A DNA stretch of 35,076 nucleotides from a virus. The stretch lies in IMG/VR virus record IMGVR_UViG_3300045988_128571, positions 1 through 35,076 of that record. One strand, given 5' to 3'. Shown here in pieces: positions 1-9,135 of this stretch (position 1 is its first letter; each line of letters begins with the position of its first letter). A model generated the notes under the pieces. It did no database searches. It was not told the DNA's origin and worked only from the letters and a program-made list of their open reading frames with translations. The position numbers were made by a program, and so were the translations under genes.

Positions 1-55
1 CAAATCTAATTTATTAACCTTACGTTTTAACAGTGACCTTGCAACCCTTATAGGC
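1..55. repeat. Terminal direct repeat, copy 1 (identical to 35022-35076)
   Basis: caaatctaatttattaaccttacgttttaacagtgaccttgcaacccttataggc occurs at 1-55 and again at 35022-35076. Confidence 0.95.
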
Positions 56-192
56 GACCCACTATAAACAATGTGGTTCCCCTGTATAATTATCAGCGGT
101 ATAAACATCGACGGCTCAAGCAGGCCAAATTTAAATTTCCTCATAGGAACAGGATGCACAATTACCCGTAATAATTTATATAATTTCATCAT
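1..192 (-). CDS. Hypothetical protein, N-terminal part of an ORF that spans the circular junction and continues at 35021 down to 34905. About 102 aa when joined.
   Basis: ATGATG at 192-187 preceded by gggaaaggaaaag (GGA-type RBS). The frame stays open to base 1, which is a codon boundary, and continues in frame from 35021. The joined stop TGA (34905-34907) overlaps the ATG (34906-34908) of the next gene. The ORF track misses it because the window is linearised inside it. Confidence 0.4.
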   Translation of the reverse strand, partial: MMKLYKLLRVIVHPVPMRKFKFGLLEPSMFIPLIIIQGNHIVYSGSPIRVARSLLKRKVNKLDL

Positions 193-277
193 CTTTTCCT
201 TTCCCTGCCGTTATACACAAAGCACAAAGCAGTAATCCTACACATGCACCGAACATACAGCCTAATATGAACATCAT
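176..277 (-). CDS. Small Cys-rich hydrophobic peptide, 33 aa (MMFILGCMFGACVGLLLCALCITAGKGKDDEII)
   Basis: Its ATG (275-277) overlaps the RusA stop TGA (274-276) as ATGA. It has one predicted TM helix. It is below the ORF-track length cutoff. Confidence 0.35.
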   Translation of the reverse strand: MMFILGCMFGACVGLLLCALCITAGKGKDDEII

Positions 278-675
278 TTCATGCCAATCTCCTTTGCACA
301 AATCAAAATTCCCTCTATATCGTTATATCGCTTGGTAATAAGCTCTACAGCCACCTGCGCATCATCTTTCCAGAATCCGCACTGCGTCATGCAGTCTTTA
401 AGCATTTTCACCAGATTGTCAGTATCCGGTTTCGTTGTTTTATAGTTTCCATTTGTGTGATGTTTATCCGCCGGGAAACACCATATCGTAGACAATTGCA
501 CAGCACCCTCCAATGGTTTTTCCGGTGCATGTTTAGATAAATACGCAATATACTTACTCTGAATTTCTTTGAGTTCCGGCGGTGTGTAAATAACAGCCTT
601 GCCATTTCGTACCGTAATTTTCTTTGCCTGAAATGTTTTTGTCGGAAGCTTCATGTGAATAAAAAACCGAATCAT
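274..675 (-). CDS. rusA: RusA-family Holliday junction resolvase
   Basis: 133 aa with a KPDTDNLVKMLKDCM...FWKDDAQV motif typical of RusA. ATGA overlap with the upstream YopX gene. Confidence 0.85.
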   Translation of the reverse strand: MIRFFIHMKLPTKTFQAKKITVRNGKAVIYTPPELKEIQSKYIAYLSKHAPEKPLEGAVQLSTIWCFPADKHHTNGNYKTTKPDTDNLVKMLKDCMTQCGFWKDDAQVAVELITKRYNDIEGILICAKEIGMK

Positions 676-1064
676 GCTATTACCTCTTTGTATAAATCCG
701 GATTGTTGTATTTATTATTTATGACTGCAATTATCCTGATATCGTTAAATTCAAAATAATCGTCAGATGGCAATAACACAAATGCTTTTTGTTTCGAATC
801 CCATTCAGCGACAACCAGTCCATAAATATCGCCAAACTCGCATTTTGATTTTCTTGAAACCTTGATAATATCTCCCTCAAAAATCCGATTTCCATCAAAA
901 TCTTTAAGGCCGATATACTGCCCAATGGTTTCTTCTCTCACAGGAATAGAATACGCTTTTCCTTCTTCATAGATTGAATAATCATTTTCTCCATGCTTTA
1001 GCAAGTCACCATAAATCCATCTTCCTGACTTTCTACATTTCCCTCGAAATAATATTTCTCTCAT
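672..1064 (-). CDS. YopX-family phage protein
   Basis: MREILFRGK...WIYGDL...ETIGQYIGLKDFDGNRIFEGDII matches the YopX pattern. The ATG at 1064 is preferred over the TTG at 1070 used by the ORF track. Confidence 0.8.
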   Translation of the reverse strand: MREILFRGKCRKSGRWIYGDLLKHGENDYSIYEEGKAYSIPVREETIGQYIGLKDFDGNRIFEGDIIKVSRKSKCEFGDIYGLVVAEWDSKQKAFVLLPSDDYFEFNDIRIIAVINNKYNNPDLYKEVIA

Positions 1065-1165
1065 TTTCAATCACATGCCTTTCTATTTTCACGACGGACA
1101 TAACAAGGACAAACCTTTTCTCTTTTCAGAGACAATCCAGTTCCAGGAAAGGAAGTAATAAGGAA

Positions 1166-1195
1166 GGGTGTGTGGCGCAGCTTCTCGCCACACCC
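1166..1195 (-). terminator. GC-rich hairpin (possible intrinsic terminator or attenuator) in a 200-nt non-coding gap
   Basis: gggtgtgtggcg / cgccacaccc forms a 10-bp stem with a 2-nt bulge and an 8-nt loop. T-rich sequence follows on both strands. It lies between the primase gene end (1273) and the yopX start (1064). Confidence 0.45.
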
Positions 1196-1272
1196 TTTCT
1201 TACTTACTTTCCTATAGGGACAAACCTATATATATAAACTGGAATGTCCAAGTATTAGACGAATATTAAAAC

Positions 1273-3369
1273 CTATTTTTTAGGGTAAATTTTACCCTCT
1301 CCGAGCTCATAATTTCCGTTTGCAAGAATATCTCTTCGTACTGTTTTTTCGGAAACATCTAAATATGCTGCCATATCTTTTATCGTAACGATTTCCTTGC
1401 CGCCCATACTCAAGTTTTCATAAGCAGTATCCACCTGTGAGATGCGGTCTTCTTTCTGTCTCGCTTTCGCTTTGTTTCCTGCCTCACGGCCCTTAGCGCG
1501 TACATCTTCAAGACTGCCTTCTTCAGCTGCCATTGCCAGTACTCCGGTGTCATCCAGTCTGTGAATCGGATACGTAAACCACATATTAACAGGCTCAAAC
1601 ATCGGGAATTCGCGAAGTGTCCCTGCAATACGCCATGCCGTAGGCTTGACTGTTATCCCTGCAGCCTTGTCTGCTTCCCTGTCATAATCTGCCCGCCGGC
1701 TGTCGTTATTGACACAGAGCTGAATCATATCGAGGATTGCGTCAGGGTCGCGGGCAAATACGCCGGAGCCGGACGCACGATCCATCGACCGCTTCATTCC
1801 CTGTCCGCCCTTCGAGTGATGGTGACAGTAAATTACCGCAGCCGATAATTCCGTACAGACCTTATCAAACTGGTTACAGAACCGCGCCATTTGGTCAGCA
1901 CTGTTTTCATCGCCCGTAATAATCTTGTAAATCGGGTCGATAACAATAGCGATATAATTTTTCTTTTGCGCGCGGCGGATAAGTTTCGGTGCAAGCTGAT
2001 CCATCGGTAGTGATTTTCCGCGCAGATTCCATATATCAATATTAGAAATGTAATCGGGACGTAAATTCAGCGCGGTATAGACGTCTTTAAACCGATGCAG
2101 GCAGCTTGCCCTGTCCAATTCCAAATTGACATATAATACGCGTCCCTGCGTGCATTGAAAACCGCACCATTGCGTACCTTCTGCAATAGCGATACAAAGT
2201 TCAATCAGTGTGAAAGACTTACCTGCTTTTGACGGTCCGGAAATAAGCATTTTATGTCCCTGCCGAAGCACGCCATCAATCAATGATGGGGATAAATCGG
2301 GCATGTTATTCCACACATCAGACAGATCTTCCGGATCGGGCAGATCATCATTAACAGTCTCAATCCATTCTTTCCAGCTATCGAAATCTTCCTTCCCGAT
2401 ATGTGTGGCCATGAGAAACTGCTTTTTACCATTTCTCATGATGCCAGGCAATCGTGATAAACGGGACGGGTTTCTGTCCGCGCCATCGACCGGCAACCCG
2501 TTTTTCCGGCATACTTTGTACAGATAATCTACACGGCGTCGGTATTCTTCCTGTGACGCTGCGTCGATATGTACGATGGCATGAATGCTTTTGTTCCCGG
2601 AATACACCAATGCCGCGACCGGAAGTTCCAATTCCTCTATAATAGATTTCTGCTTCCCCGGCGGGAGCGTGTCTGATTCTACAAGAGCATATTTGTAATT
2701 GGATACATTTTCATTTTTAATACCCTTGCCGTCTAAAGGATTGAAACGGATCCATGCACCTGCTTTTTCATCGTAATCCGCAAGAGCATATCCGATGATA
2801 TCTTTTATACTGTAGCCGTTTCTCTGGTACTTTTTAATACGGGAAATATATTCTCCCGCTGTCAAAGAGTATGTACCCGTTCCGGACGGGGAATATTTTC
2901 CATCATCACGCCTGAAAGAAGACATAACAATACCGACTTTGTCGGATCTGTCAAAAAGCGCTTCCAGATATCGGATAATCTCATCGGCCGGATTCCATTG
3001 TGCCGGTTCTTTGATTTCTGATTCTTGTACATAGTGCTGATCAACGATAATGACATTGTCTGTTACCGTATCATCCCAGTCCATTACTTTGTTGCCGTCT
3101 TCTTTTGTATGCGGCTGCCATCCATAATCTTTTGCCATCTGAGTAATCGTCGCTCCTGTAACCGGATTCGGATTCCCCTTGAATGACTGCCATTTTTTAT
3201 GACATTCACCATCATGGTAACGTTCCGGGTCCTTTTGGCTCCAGTCATCCCACACATCAACGCTGTAGCCCTCATGACATAACGCCATGCCTACATCGAT
3301 CCATTCTTCATAGCTGCAGGCCGCGGGCGGTATATACTCCAGCAATGGCCGTAAATCTATCTTCGACAT
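1273..3369 (-). CDS. Replication protein: PriCT-like N-terminus, AEP-type primase/polymerase region, RepA/DnaB-like (AAA_25-type) ATPase and a C-terminal HTH
   Basis: 698 aa. The N-terminus EEWIDVGMALCHEG...WDDWSQKD...KKW is PriCT-like. LVYSGNKSIHAIVHID is an AEP-like motif. Walker A ISGPSKAGKSFTLIELCIAIAEG, then VLYVNLELD. C-terminal TIKDMAAYLDVSEKTVRRDI looks like an HTH. GGAG RBS. Confidence 0.8.
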   Translation of the reverse strand: MSKIDLRPLLEYIPPAACSYEEWIDVGMALCHEGYSVDVWDDWSQKDPERYHDGECHKKWQSFKGNPNPVTGATITQMAKDYGWQPHTKEDGNKVMDWDDTVTDNVIIVDQHYVQESEIKEPAQWNPADEIIRYLEALFDRSDKVGIVMSSFRRDDGKYSPSGTGTYSLTAGEYISRIKKYQRNGYSIKDIIGYALADYDEKAGAWIRFNPLDGKGIKNENVSNYKYALVESDTLPPGKQKSIIEELELPVAALVYSGNKSIHAIVHIDAASQEEYRRRVDYLYKVCRKNGLPVDGADRNPSRLSRLPGIMRNGKKQFLMATHIGKEDFDSWKEWIETVNDDLPDPEDLSDVWNNMPDLSPSLIDGVLRQGHKMLISGPSKAGKSFTLIELCIAIAEGTQWCGFQCTQGRVLYVNLELDRASCLHRFKDVYTALNLRPDYISNIDIWNLRGKSLPMDQLAPKLIRRAQKKNYIAIVIDPIYKIITGDENSADQMARFCNQFDKVCTELSAAVIYCHHHSKGGQGMKRSMDRASGSGVFARDPDAILDMIQLCVNNDSRRADYDREADKAAGITVKPTAWRIAGTLREFPMFEPVNMWFTYPIHRLDDTGVLAMAAEEGSLEDVRAKGREAGNKAKARQKEDRISQVDTAYENLSMGGKEIVTIKDMAAYLDVSEKTVRRDILANGNYELGEGKIYPKK

Positions 3370-3372
3370 AGG

Positions 3373-4983
3373 TTATGCTCCAAAATTCAATTCTTGATTA
3401 GGGACATATAAAGCCGGCTTGATACCGCGGGGAATTGTCCAGTGATGATTAGCAATCTGGGAAATCATGTTGTTTGCGTCGTTAAACGTCCAGATCCCCA
3501 CATGCTGAAAACCGCGGCTTTCTAAAAAGCGGATCTGTTTTGGGGTGGACAGTCCGTTTTCCCGCCGTTTATTCAGACGGTCGAGTAAAAGACTGGCCTT
3601 TCCTGCGTTGTCGATTTCGTCAGGGAATATGCCGAATTTCTCCAATGCTTTGAGCTGTTTGTCGCTTGCAGGTGCCATTTCCCAGCCGAAAGACGGGACG
3701 TAATCAGATAAATCTTCTGCTTGTATAGACATTTCAAACTGCAATGGATCTACTAACTGGCGTTTCCGTTTTTTCATCGCTGATAATTCTTTTGCAAGAG
3801 CTTCCTCCCGCTCAAGAATGGTTTCCTCCGCTGCCCGCTTGTAAGCGTCCTCTATGTCAACAGCGGCCCCGGACTGGTCCAAGTCCTTCGTCATTCTTTT
3901 TGCGATATCATCTGTCTTGCAGATAAGCGATGCCGGGCGGCATAATTCATGCCGCGCCGTATTCCACAAAAAATCTAATACCAATAAATCCTTTTTGCCC
4001 GTTTCCGGAGAAAGTCTTGTTCCCCGCCCTATACATTGGCAATATAAACTTCTGATTTTCGTTGCCCGAAGCATGATTACGCAATCCACTGACGGACAGT
4101 CCCAACCTTCCGTCAGTAACATAGCATTACAGAGTACGTTATACTCTCCTGCCTCAAATTTCTTTAGTGTTTCTTCTCTGTTCTGACTGTTTCCATTCAC
4201 CTCCGCTGCTTTCATCCCAAAATGGTTTAAAATAGCTTTAAACTTTTTAGCCGTGGCGACTAAAGGTAAGAAGACTACAGTCTTCTTACCGGCGCAATAT
4301 GTAACCATTTCTTTTGCAATTTGTTCAAGATACGGGTCAAGGGCTGTTCCTAAGGCTCCTGCCGCGTAATCTCCGGCAGACATACCAACGCCTGTGATAT
4401 CAATCTTGAGCGGTATCGTCTGCGCCTTGATTTTGCACAAATAGCCATCCTTGATAGCCTGCGTCAAAGAATATTCATAAGCTAAGCTGTCGAAATAATT
4501 TCCCAGACACTGCAGATTATTTCGTTCCGGTGTGGCGGTTACGCCTAATACATTTGCCGTCGGGAAATGCTGCAGCACTTGTTGATAACTATCGGCCAGT
4601 GCGTGATGGGCTTCATCTACAATAATGGTGCCAAATTCATCTTCCGGAAACTGCCGGAGCCGTTTTTTACGCATGAGTGTCTGCACGGACCCCACAACAA
4701 TTCTGTACCAGCTGGCAAGACTTGTTTCTTCCGCTTTTTCTTTAGCACATAAGAGACCTGTTGCGGTCTTGATTTTTTCCTGCGCCTGATTCAAAAGTTC
4801 TTCTCTATGGGCAAGAATCAAGACTTTTCTCCCCTCACGAACACAGTTTTCTGCGATTTTAGCAAAGGCAATCGTTTTGCCTGTGCCTGTGGGAAGAACC
4901 AAAAGCGTCTTCCTGTGACCGTTCGCCCATTCGCGCATAACAGCTGTAACCGCTTCCTGTTGGTAGGGTCTTAGTTCCATCAT
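3373..4983 (-). CDS. Superfamily-2 DEAD/DEAH-box helicase
   Basis: LRPYQQEA, LPTGTGKT (motif I), IIVDEAHH (motif II), GVTATP (motif III), GRGTR (motif VI). The C-terminus has a repeated SDKQLKALEKFGI / TPKQIRFLESRGF motif. Confidence 0.85.
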   Translation of the reverse strand: MMELRPYQQEAVTAVMREWANGHRKTLLVLPTGTGKTIAFAKIAENCVREGRKVLILAHREELLNQAQEKIKTATGLLCAKEKAEETSLASWYRIVVGSVQTLMRKKRLRQFPEDEFGTIIVDEAHHALADSYQQVLQHFPTANVLGVTATPERNNLQCLGNYFDSLAYEYSLTQAIKDGYLCKIKAQTIPLKIDITGVGMSAGDYAAGALGTALDPYLEQIAKEMVTYCAGKKTVVFLPLVATAKKFKAILNHFGMKAAEVNGNSQNREETLKKFEAGEYNVLCNAMLLTEGWDCPSVDCVIMLRATKIRSLYCQCIGRGTRLSPETGKKDLLVLDFLWNTARHELCRPASLICKTDDIAKRMTKDLDQSGAAVDIEDAYKRAAEETILEREEALAKELSAMKKRKRQLVDPLQFEMSIQAEDLSDYVPSFGWEMAPASDKQLKALEKFGIFPDEIDNAGKASLLLDRLNKRRENGLSTPKQIRFLESRGFQHVGIWTFNDANNMISQIANHHWTIPRGIKPALYVPNQELNFGA

Positions 4984-5474
4984 CAGAATGTCCCGGCTGT
5001 GTAACCGCCCTGTGTTTTCGGAATTTTCTTATCATCCGGGGCAAGGAATTTCTTCGCTTCGTTGTAAGGCTGATCTTTGTAAATCCGGTGAACGATTTCT
5101 ACATAACCTGATGCACCGATAACTTTATTCCATGGCATTTTCTCTGTCCCGCCCTTTTCCATTAATCCCAAGGAAATAAAGAATTGGGCAATTAACCATT
5201 GCTGCTTTGAAACTAAGAATAAATTTCTGAATACAAGCGCGTCACCATATTCTCCGCCATGCACGCGAAGCTTTAGTGCGGCTTGCGGGCATCGCGGTAT
5301 TTTAGCTCCACCTTCGTAAATCTTTCGTTCAAAGCTTTCCACCGTAAACGGATAAACTCCTTCCGGTAATAAGACAAATTCATGATCTTTGCCGTCATCA
5401 GTGACAGTTTCGTCCCAGTCTAATACCTTGTCTTCTGCAGATGTTGTTCCGAACTGTTCAAAATTTGTACTCAT
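4983..5474 (-). CDS. DUF669-like phage protein, usual partner of Sak4-type recombinases
   Basis: 163 aa. FVLLPEGVYPFTVESFERK...AALKLRVHGGEYGD pattern, positioned directly downstream of the AAA_24-like ATPase. Family name is from memory. Confidence 0.65.
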   Translation of the reverse strand: MSTNFEQFGTTSAEDKVLDWDETVTDDGKDHEFVLLPEGVYPFTVESFERKIYEGGAKIPRCPQAALKLRVHGGEYGDALVFRNLFLVSKQQWLIAQFFISLGLMEKGGTEKMPWNKVIGASGYVEIVHRIYKDQPYNEAKKFLAPDDKKIPKTQGGYTAGTF

Positions 5475-5494
5475 GTTCTTCTCCTTTATGTAAA

Positions 5495-6571
5495 TTAATT
5501 AAATGGAACACTGATATTGTTTAAAATAAATGCTTTAATCTGTTCCCACGCACCGATGAGCACACCGTCTATAAAATCAGACGGATAATTTTTCATCGGC
5601 ATATCTTCTGGGAAATATCCTTTCATAGCTACTGCTTTACGAATCTGTTCTTCTGTGATATTTTCTTGTTTCATTAAGTCATAGACTTTCTGTAAAGTAG
5701 CATTTACGGTAGACGTCGCAGGGGCAGCCGTGTCTTGAATCTGGACAGTTGGTTTCTTTATCGGGACAGTCGATTCAGGTTCTGATTTTTTTACCGTTTT
5801 CTGTTTTGCATCCTGTTTCTTTTCTTGCATAGGTTTTACGCTCGGAGCAGCTCCATTTGGTATCAGTCGTGCAATTTCGTTATAGTCAAATGGCAACTCT
5901 TCTGCTAAAGAAAATCGGTTCTTCGCGTCCGCAAAAGTTGTATGCGTGGTATACATGATTCGTTTTCCGCCTGCAGCTTTTTTTCGTGTTCCGTCTTCAA
6001 TTAGGATTGTTTTATAATTCGCGAAAAGCAGTAAATCTGCCCATTCTTTTACAAGCGGCGCGACTTTATTTGTCGTTTTAGATGATAGTTTCAGTTCCCA
6101 GTGGTCATACGTTCCCATTTCCTCCGGGAGCGTTACTGTTTTTAAAACGGCATGAGCAAGAACAACTACATTGACCCCCTGCCCAATGCAAGCGTCGAGC
6201 TGCACAAGGAATCGGGCAAATTCTTCTGTTAAATATGTATAGCCGGCACCATAACCGAAATCTTCAATTCCCTTTTTATTGAATTTCCCGCAAATATAAT
6301 CAATGCACATACGCTCTGCCGCGTCCGCTGTGTCAATAACCAGCGTCTTACAGATAGTCGGATCATCATAGACCTCTTTGATGTTGCTCATCAGCAACGG
6401 CCATGATGTAATGTCTGTTACACGGCTGACATCAAGCTGTGCAGAACCTTTATCTAAGTCGAAAAAGAGCGGTTCCGGGAACTGGCTGGCAAAAGTCGTT
6501 TTTCCGATACCTTCGACACCGTATACGCAAACCTTAACCGGCTTACTGATAATTCCTTTCGTAATGTTCAT
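5495..6571 (-). CDS. AAA_24 / Sak4-like RecA-fold ATPase (putative recombinase)
   Basis: N-terminal Walker A VCVYGVEGIGKTTFAS followed by LFFDLDKGS, then VVVLAH. AAGGAG RBS. Confidence 0.75.
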   Translation of the reverse strand: MNITKGIISKPVKVCVYGVEGIGKTTFASQFPEPLFFDLDKGSAQLDVSRVTDITSWPLLMSNIKEVYDDPTICKTLVIDTADAAERMCIDYICGKFNKKGIEDFGYGAGYTYLTEEFARFLVQLDACIGQGVNVVVLAHAVLKTVTLPEEMGTYDHWELKLSSKTTNKVAPLVKEWADLLLFANYKTILIEDGTRKKAAGGKRIMYTTHTTFADAKNRFSLAEELPFDYNEIARLIPNGAAPSVKPMQEKKQDAKQKTVKKSEPESTVPIKKPTVQIQDTAAPATSTVNATLQKVYDLMKQENITEEQIRKAVAMKGYFPEDMPMKNYPSDFIDGVLIGAWEQIKAFILNNISVPFN

Positions 6572-6586
6572 TCTTATCTCCTTTCT

Positions 6587-7864
6587 TTAAAACACACCTT
6601 TGACATATTTCGGTGCTTTTTCTTTAACCGCTTCCGTATCGCCTTTCACCATGCCATCTTCAATAATGATGGAGCATTCATCACCGGTTGAAACCCTTGT
6701 TGCAATAACCTGCAATCCTTCCTGTTTGAGCCATACACCAAACTCCTGCAGGGTTTCCAAGTCCATCTGCTCCAGCTTGTCCATCAAAACAAAGCCACAT
6801 TGCGGGTTTAATTTACGTACAATAGCCGTTGCTACTTTGAGCTGATCAGAACCGCTCATGCCATCCCATGGCATATTGTTATAAATCAGCTTGCCGTCTT
6901 TGACGGACAATCCCGGCAGCGGCAGTTCCGCAGAATCAAGAAGTTTATTTCTTTCTTCCCGGACGGATTCAATCTGTTCCGTCAGTCCGTCATATTCCTG
7001 CTGCAGATTATTAGCTTCTATTTCGGCGGCTTCTTTAGTAGAATTAGCCCTGATTTTGATATTCAATGCTTCAATTTCTGCCAGGTTCTTTTCCAATTCA
7101 GCCGTGCTTTCATCATGAAGATCTTCTGCCGACTTCCGGGCAGTTAAACAATCCTGTTCTGCTTTCTGCAGTACTGCTTTAGCTTCATCAAAAGCGATTT
7201 GAGCCTCTGCCAGCATTCGTTCATAGCGGGCAGCATTCTGACGTTTCTGCTCATTTTCTCCATTCCGCGCAAGAATTTCCTGCTGTTGTTTAATGAGTTC
7301 TGTCGCACTGACGGGTTCTTTCGGCACATTCGGGTACATCGGCATTTCGTCAGCCGCCTTTTTCTTGCGGTCTGCAATGCGGCCGACTTCTGTGCGCTGT
7401 GCATACAGCTGATTTTCTTTTGTGTCCAGCTGCGCCAGCACATCACCAATTCCTAAAATTTTCAGAAGAGAATCCGCCTTGTCCTTATCGCTTCCGTTAA
7501 TAAACTTCGGGAGATCCAATGCCAGCGTGGATACAAATTCATTTAAAAGCTGCTGTCCGGATTTATTCCCATTCGGGTCTGTTACTTTTAATGTGCTGTT
7601 TTTCCCTTTTCGTTCCACAATCAGACCATTTGATAACTCGATATGCAGGTTCGGCGGCACCAGTGCGCCGTCCCGTTCCGGTACAGACGGTTTATAATTA
7701 TTGCCGCCCAATGCCCATGCAATAGCGTCTAATACAGAAGTTTTTCCCTGTCCGTTTCGCCCACCAATGATTGTCAGTCCATCGGCGGACGGTTCAAACT
7801 GTACTGCTTTTACTCGTTTCACGTTTTCAATTAATAGTTCATTGATTTTTACTGGTTCTGTCAT
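6587..7864 (-). CDS. SMC/RecF/SbcC-like ATPase with a central coiled coil
   Basis: N-terminal IIGGRNGQGKTSVLDAIAWALGG (Walker A), a long E/K/Q/A-rich coiled coil, and C-terminal MSGSDQLKVATAI...FVLMDKLEQMD (signature and Walker B-like). Confidence 0.7.
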   Translation of the reverse strand: MTEPVKINELLIENVKRVKAVQFEPSADGLTIIGGRNGQGKTSVLDAIAWALGGNNYKPSVPERDGALVPPNLHIELSNGLIVERKGKNSTLKVTDPNGNKSGQQLLNEFVSTLALDLPKFINGSDKDKADSLLKILGIGDVLAQLDTKENQLYAQRTEVGRIADRKKKAADEMPMYPNVPKEPVSATELIKQQQEILARNGENEQKRQNAARYERMLAEAQIAFDEAKAVLQKAEQDCLTARKSAEDLHDESTAELEKNLAEIEALNIKIRANSTKEAAEIEANNLQQEYDGLTEQIESVREERNKLLDSAELPLPGLSVKDGKLIYNNMPWDGMSGSDQLKVATAIVRKLNPQCGFVLMDKLEQMDLETLQEFGVWLKQEGLQVIATRVSTGDECSIIIEDGMVKGDTEAVKEKAPKYVKGVF

Positions 7865-7879
7865 TGTTTATCGCTCCTG

Positions 7880-8146
7880 TTATCTCAACCACTCAATTTG
7901 TCTAAATATGTCATAGATCATCGCCGGAACACTGTCACCACTTATGTTCGCTCGGCGTTTTTCTTCTCTGTGAAATGTAACATCTACAAAATCACCGTTA
8001 GGCGTTTCTACAAGCTCAATGTCCGTTACACCGCATTCAGAATAATCCAATGCTTTCTTCAGGTGCATGAGCGCATTCTGCCTTTTGCTCTGTTCGATGA
8101 GTGCTAAAAATGCAAGATGTTCATTCTTTTCTTCAATTTCTGTCAT
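7880..8146 (-). CDS. Hypothetical early protein (88 aa)
   Basis: ATG preceded by an AGGAGG RBS. Co-oriented in the early operon. No recognisable motif. Confidence 0.5.
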   Translation of the reverse strand: MTEIEEKNEHLAFLALIEQSKRQNALMHLKKALDYSECGVTDIELVETPNGDFVDVTFHREEKRRANISGDSVPAMIYDIFRQIEWLR

Positions 8147-8173
8147 TATTTATTCCTCCTGTGATATAATAGA

Positions 8174-8203
8174 GGCGGAAAGTCTTAGCGATTCTTTTCC
8201 GCC
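8174..8203 (-). promoter_or_regulatory. Hairpin in an intergenic spacer of the early operon
   Basis: ggcggaaa / tttccgcc forms an 8-bp stem with a 14-nt loop. On the minus strand it is followed by ctctattatat. It lies between the genes ending at 8225 and starting at 8146. Confidence 0.3.
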
Positions 8204-8224
8204 TGCCGATTGACGCTGCAAACA

Positions 8225-8455
8225 TCAGTCGGCTTTTTCAATTTCATTGTTTAGCCAATCTATGGCTTCCTGTCGAGTTTCAAAAAACTCCGTCCAGCAA
8301 TCATTTGCACTATTATCTAATGCACACCACTTCTTTAAGGTGGTGTCAAACGCTAACAATTTGCATTTTTTACACTTTTTCTTATTTATCCAATCTGCGA
8401 TATACCAGCTGAGAGTATGAATAGATACTTCCCTGATTTTTTCTTCTGTATTCAC
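8225..8455 (-). CDS. Hypothetical early protein (76 aa)
   Basis: The GTG start overlaps the upstream stop (GTGA). WCALDNSANDCWTEFFETRQEAIDWL resembles a recurrent small phage protein motif of unknown function. Confidence 0.5.
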   Translation of the reverse strand: MNTEEKIREVSIHTLSWYIADWINKKKCKKCKLLAFDTTLKKWCALDNSANDCWTEFFETRQEAIDWLNNEIEKAD

Positions 8456-8751
8456 TGATTTCTTGCCTCCTCAACTCTGACTACAATCAACATCCCCGGC
8501 TGCAGGTTTCCTACGTCCTTTATCCTGTTATCTTTTTTCGCCTGCCAAACTAATTTTCTTAAATCCTCTTTGTCGGTGGCGATTTCTCCACAAATTGTCC
8601 AGAGCGTATCGCCTGTTCTTACCTCCCGGCGGTATTCGACAATCTTTGTTTCCGGAAAGAACCGGTGATAGATGTTGTCCGCGTCAACCGCGGCGCCGGC
8701 TATCAGTGCGGCTGACATGAGGACGGTCGTAAATACTAAAGGTTTATTCAT
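8452..8751 (-). CDS. Membrane-anchored LysM-domain protein (YneA-like architecture)
   Basis: 99 aa. N-terminal hydrophobic helix PLVFTTVLMSAALIAGAAV, then a LysM-like segment EVRTGDTLWTICGEIA...NLQPGMLIVV. ATGA overlap with the upstream gene. Confidence 0.65.
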   Translation of the reverse strand: MNKPLVFTTVLMSAALIAGAAVDADNIYHRFFPETKIVEYRREVRTGDTLWTICGEIATDKEDLRKLVWQAKKDNRIKDVGNLQPGMLIVVRVEEARNQ

Positions 8752-9050
8752 AATTTCTCCTGCACTGCTGCCGTATTAGCAGCTATACAAATCTGGCGAA
8801 TAACGCCTCGCAGTCGCGCATTCTCCTGCTTCGCAAGAGATAGTTCACTCTGCAGTCTTCGGACTGCGGACGGACGAAAATCATCCGGTTTTTCTCCGAC
8901 CATCGCGAGCACGTCCCGTTTCAGAAAACGGATGGCCGATAGATTTTTTACCGCCGGGAGGATGCCGTCATTTTTCATGCGGTAGACGACATCCGTCGAT
9001 ACCCCTAAGATTTCAGCGGTTTCAGCGACGGTGTACGTTCTTCGTTCCAT
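8748..9050 (-). CDS. Excisionase/MerR-like (HTH_17-type) DNA-binding protein
   Basis: YTVAETAEILGVSTDVVYRMKNDGILPAVK helix-turn-helix with a C-terminal coiled segment. GGAG RBS. Confidence 0.7.
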   Translation of the reverse strand: MERRTYTVAETAEILGVSTDVVYRMKNDGILPAVKNLSAIRFLKRDVLAMVGEKPDDFRPSAVRRLQSELSLAKQENARLRGVIRQICIAANTAAVQEKL

Positions 9051-9085
9051 TTTTCACTCCTTTCTATGTTTTCTGTGGTAGGTTG

Positions 9086-9094
9086 TGTTACAAT
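9086..9094 (+). promoter_or_regulatory. Candidate extended -10 promoter for the plus-strand moron
   Basis: TGtTACAAT at 9086-9094, about 40 nt upstream of the ATG at 9136. No good -35 element. Confidence 0.35.
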
Positions 9095-9135
9095 TTGGTT
9101 AATGTGTCAGCGGTAGTACAAGAAAGAAGGCCTTT

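Noticed and set aside
974-1237. 87-aa plus-strand ORF
   Set aside because: It is antisense to yopX and crosses the non-coding hairpin island. It has no RBS and a low-complexity sequence.
6587-7864. Possibility that the SMC-like ATPase is a defence module (Lamassu, Gabija or OLD-type)
   Set aside because: It is embedded and translationally coupled in a standard Sak4/DUF669/helicase/primase replication-recombination block. It has no adjacent nuclease or effector partner.
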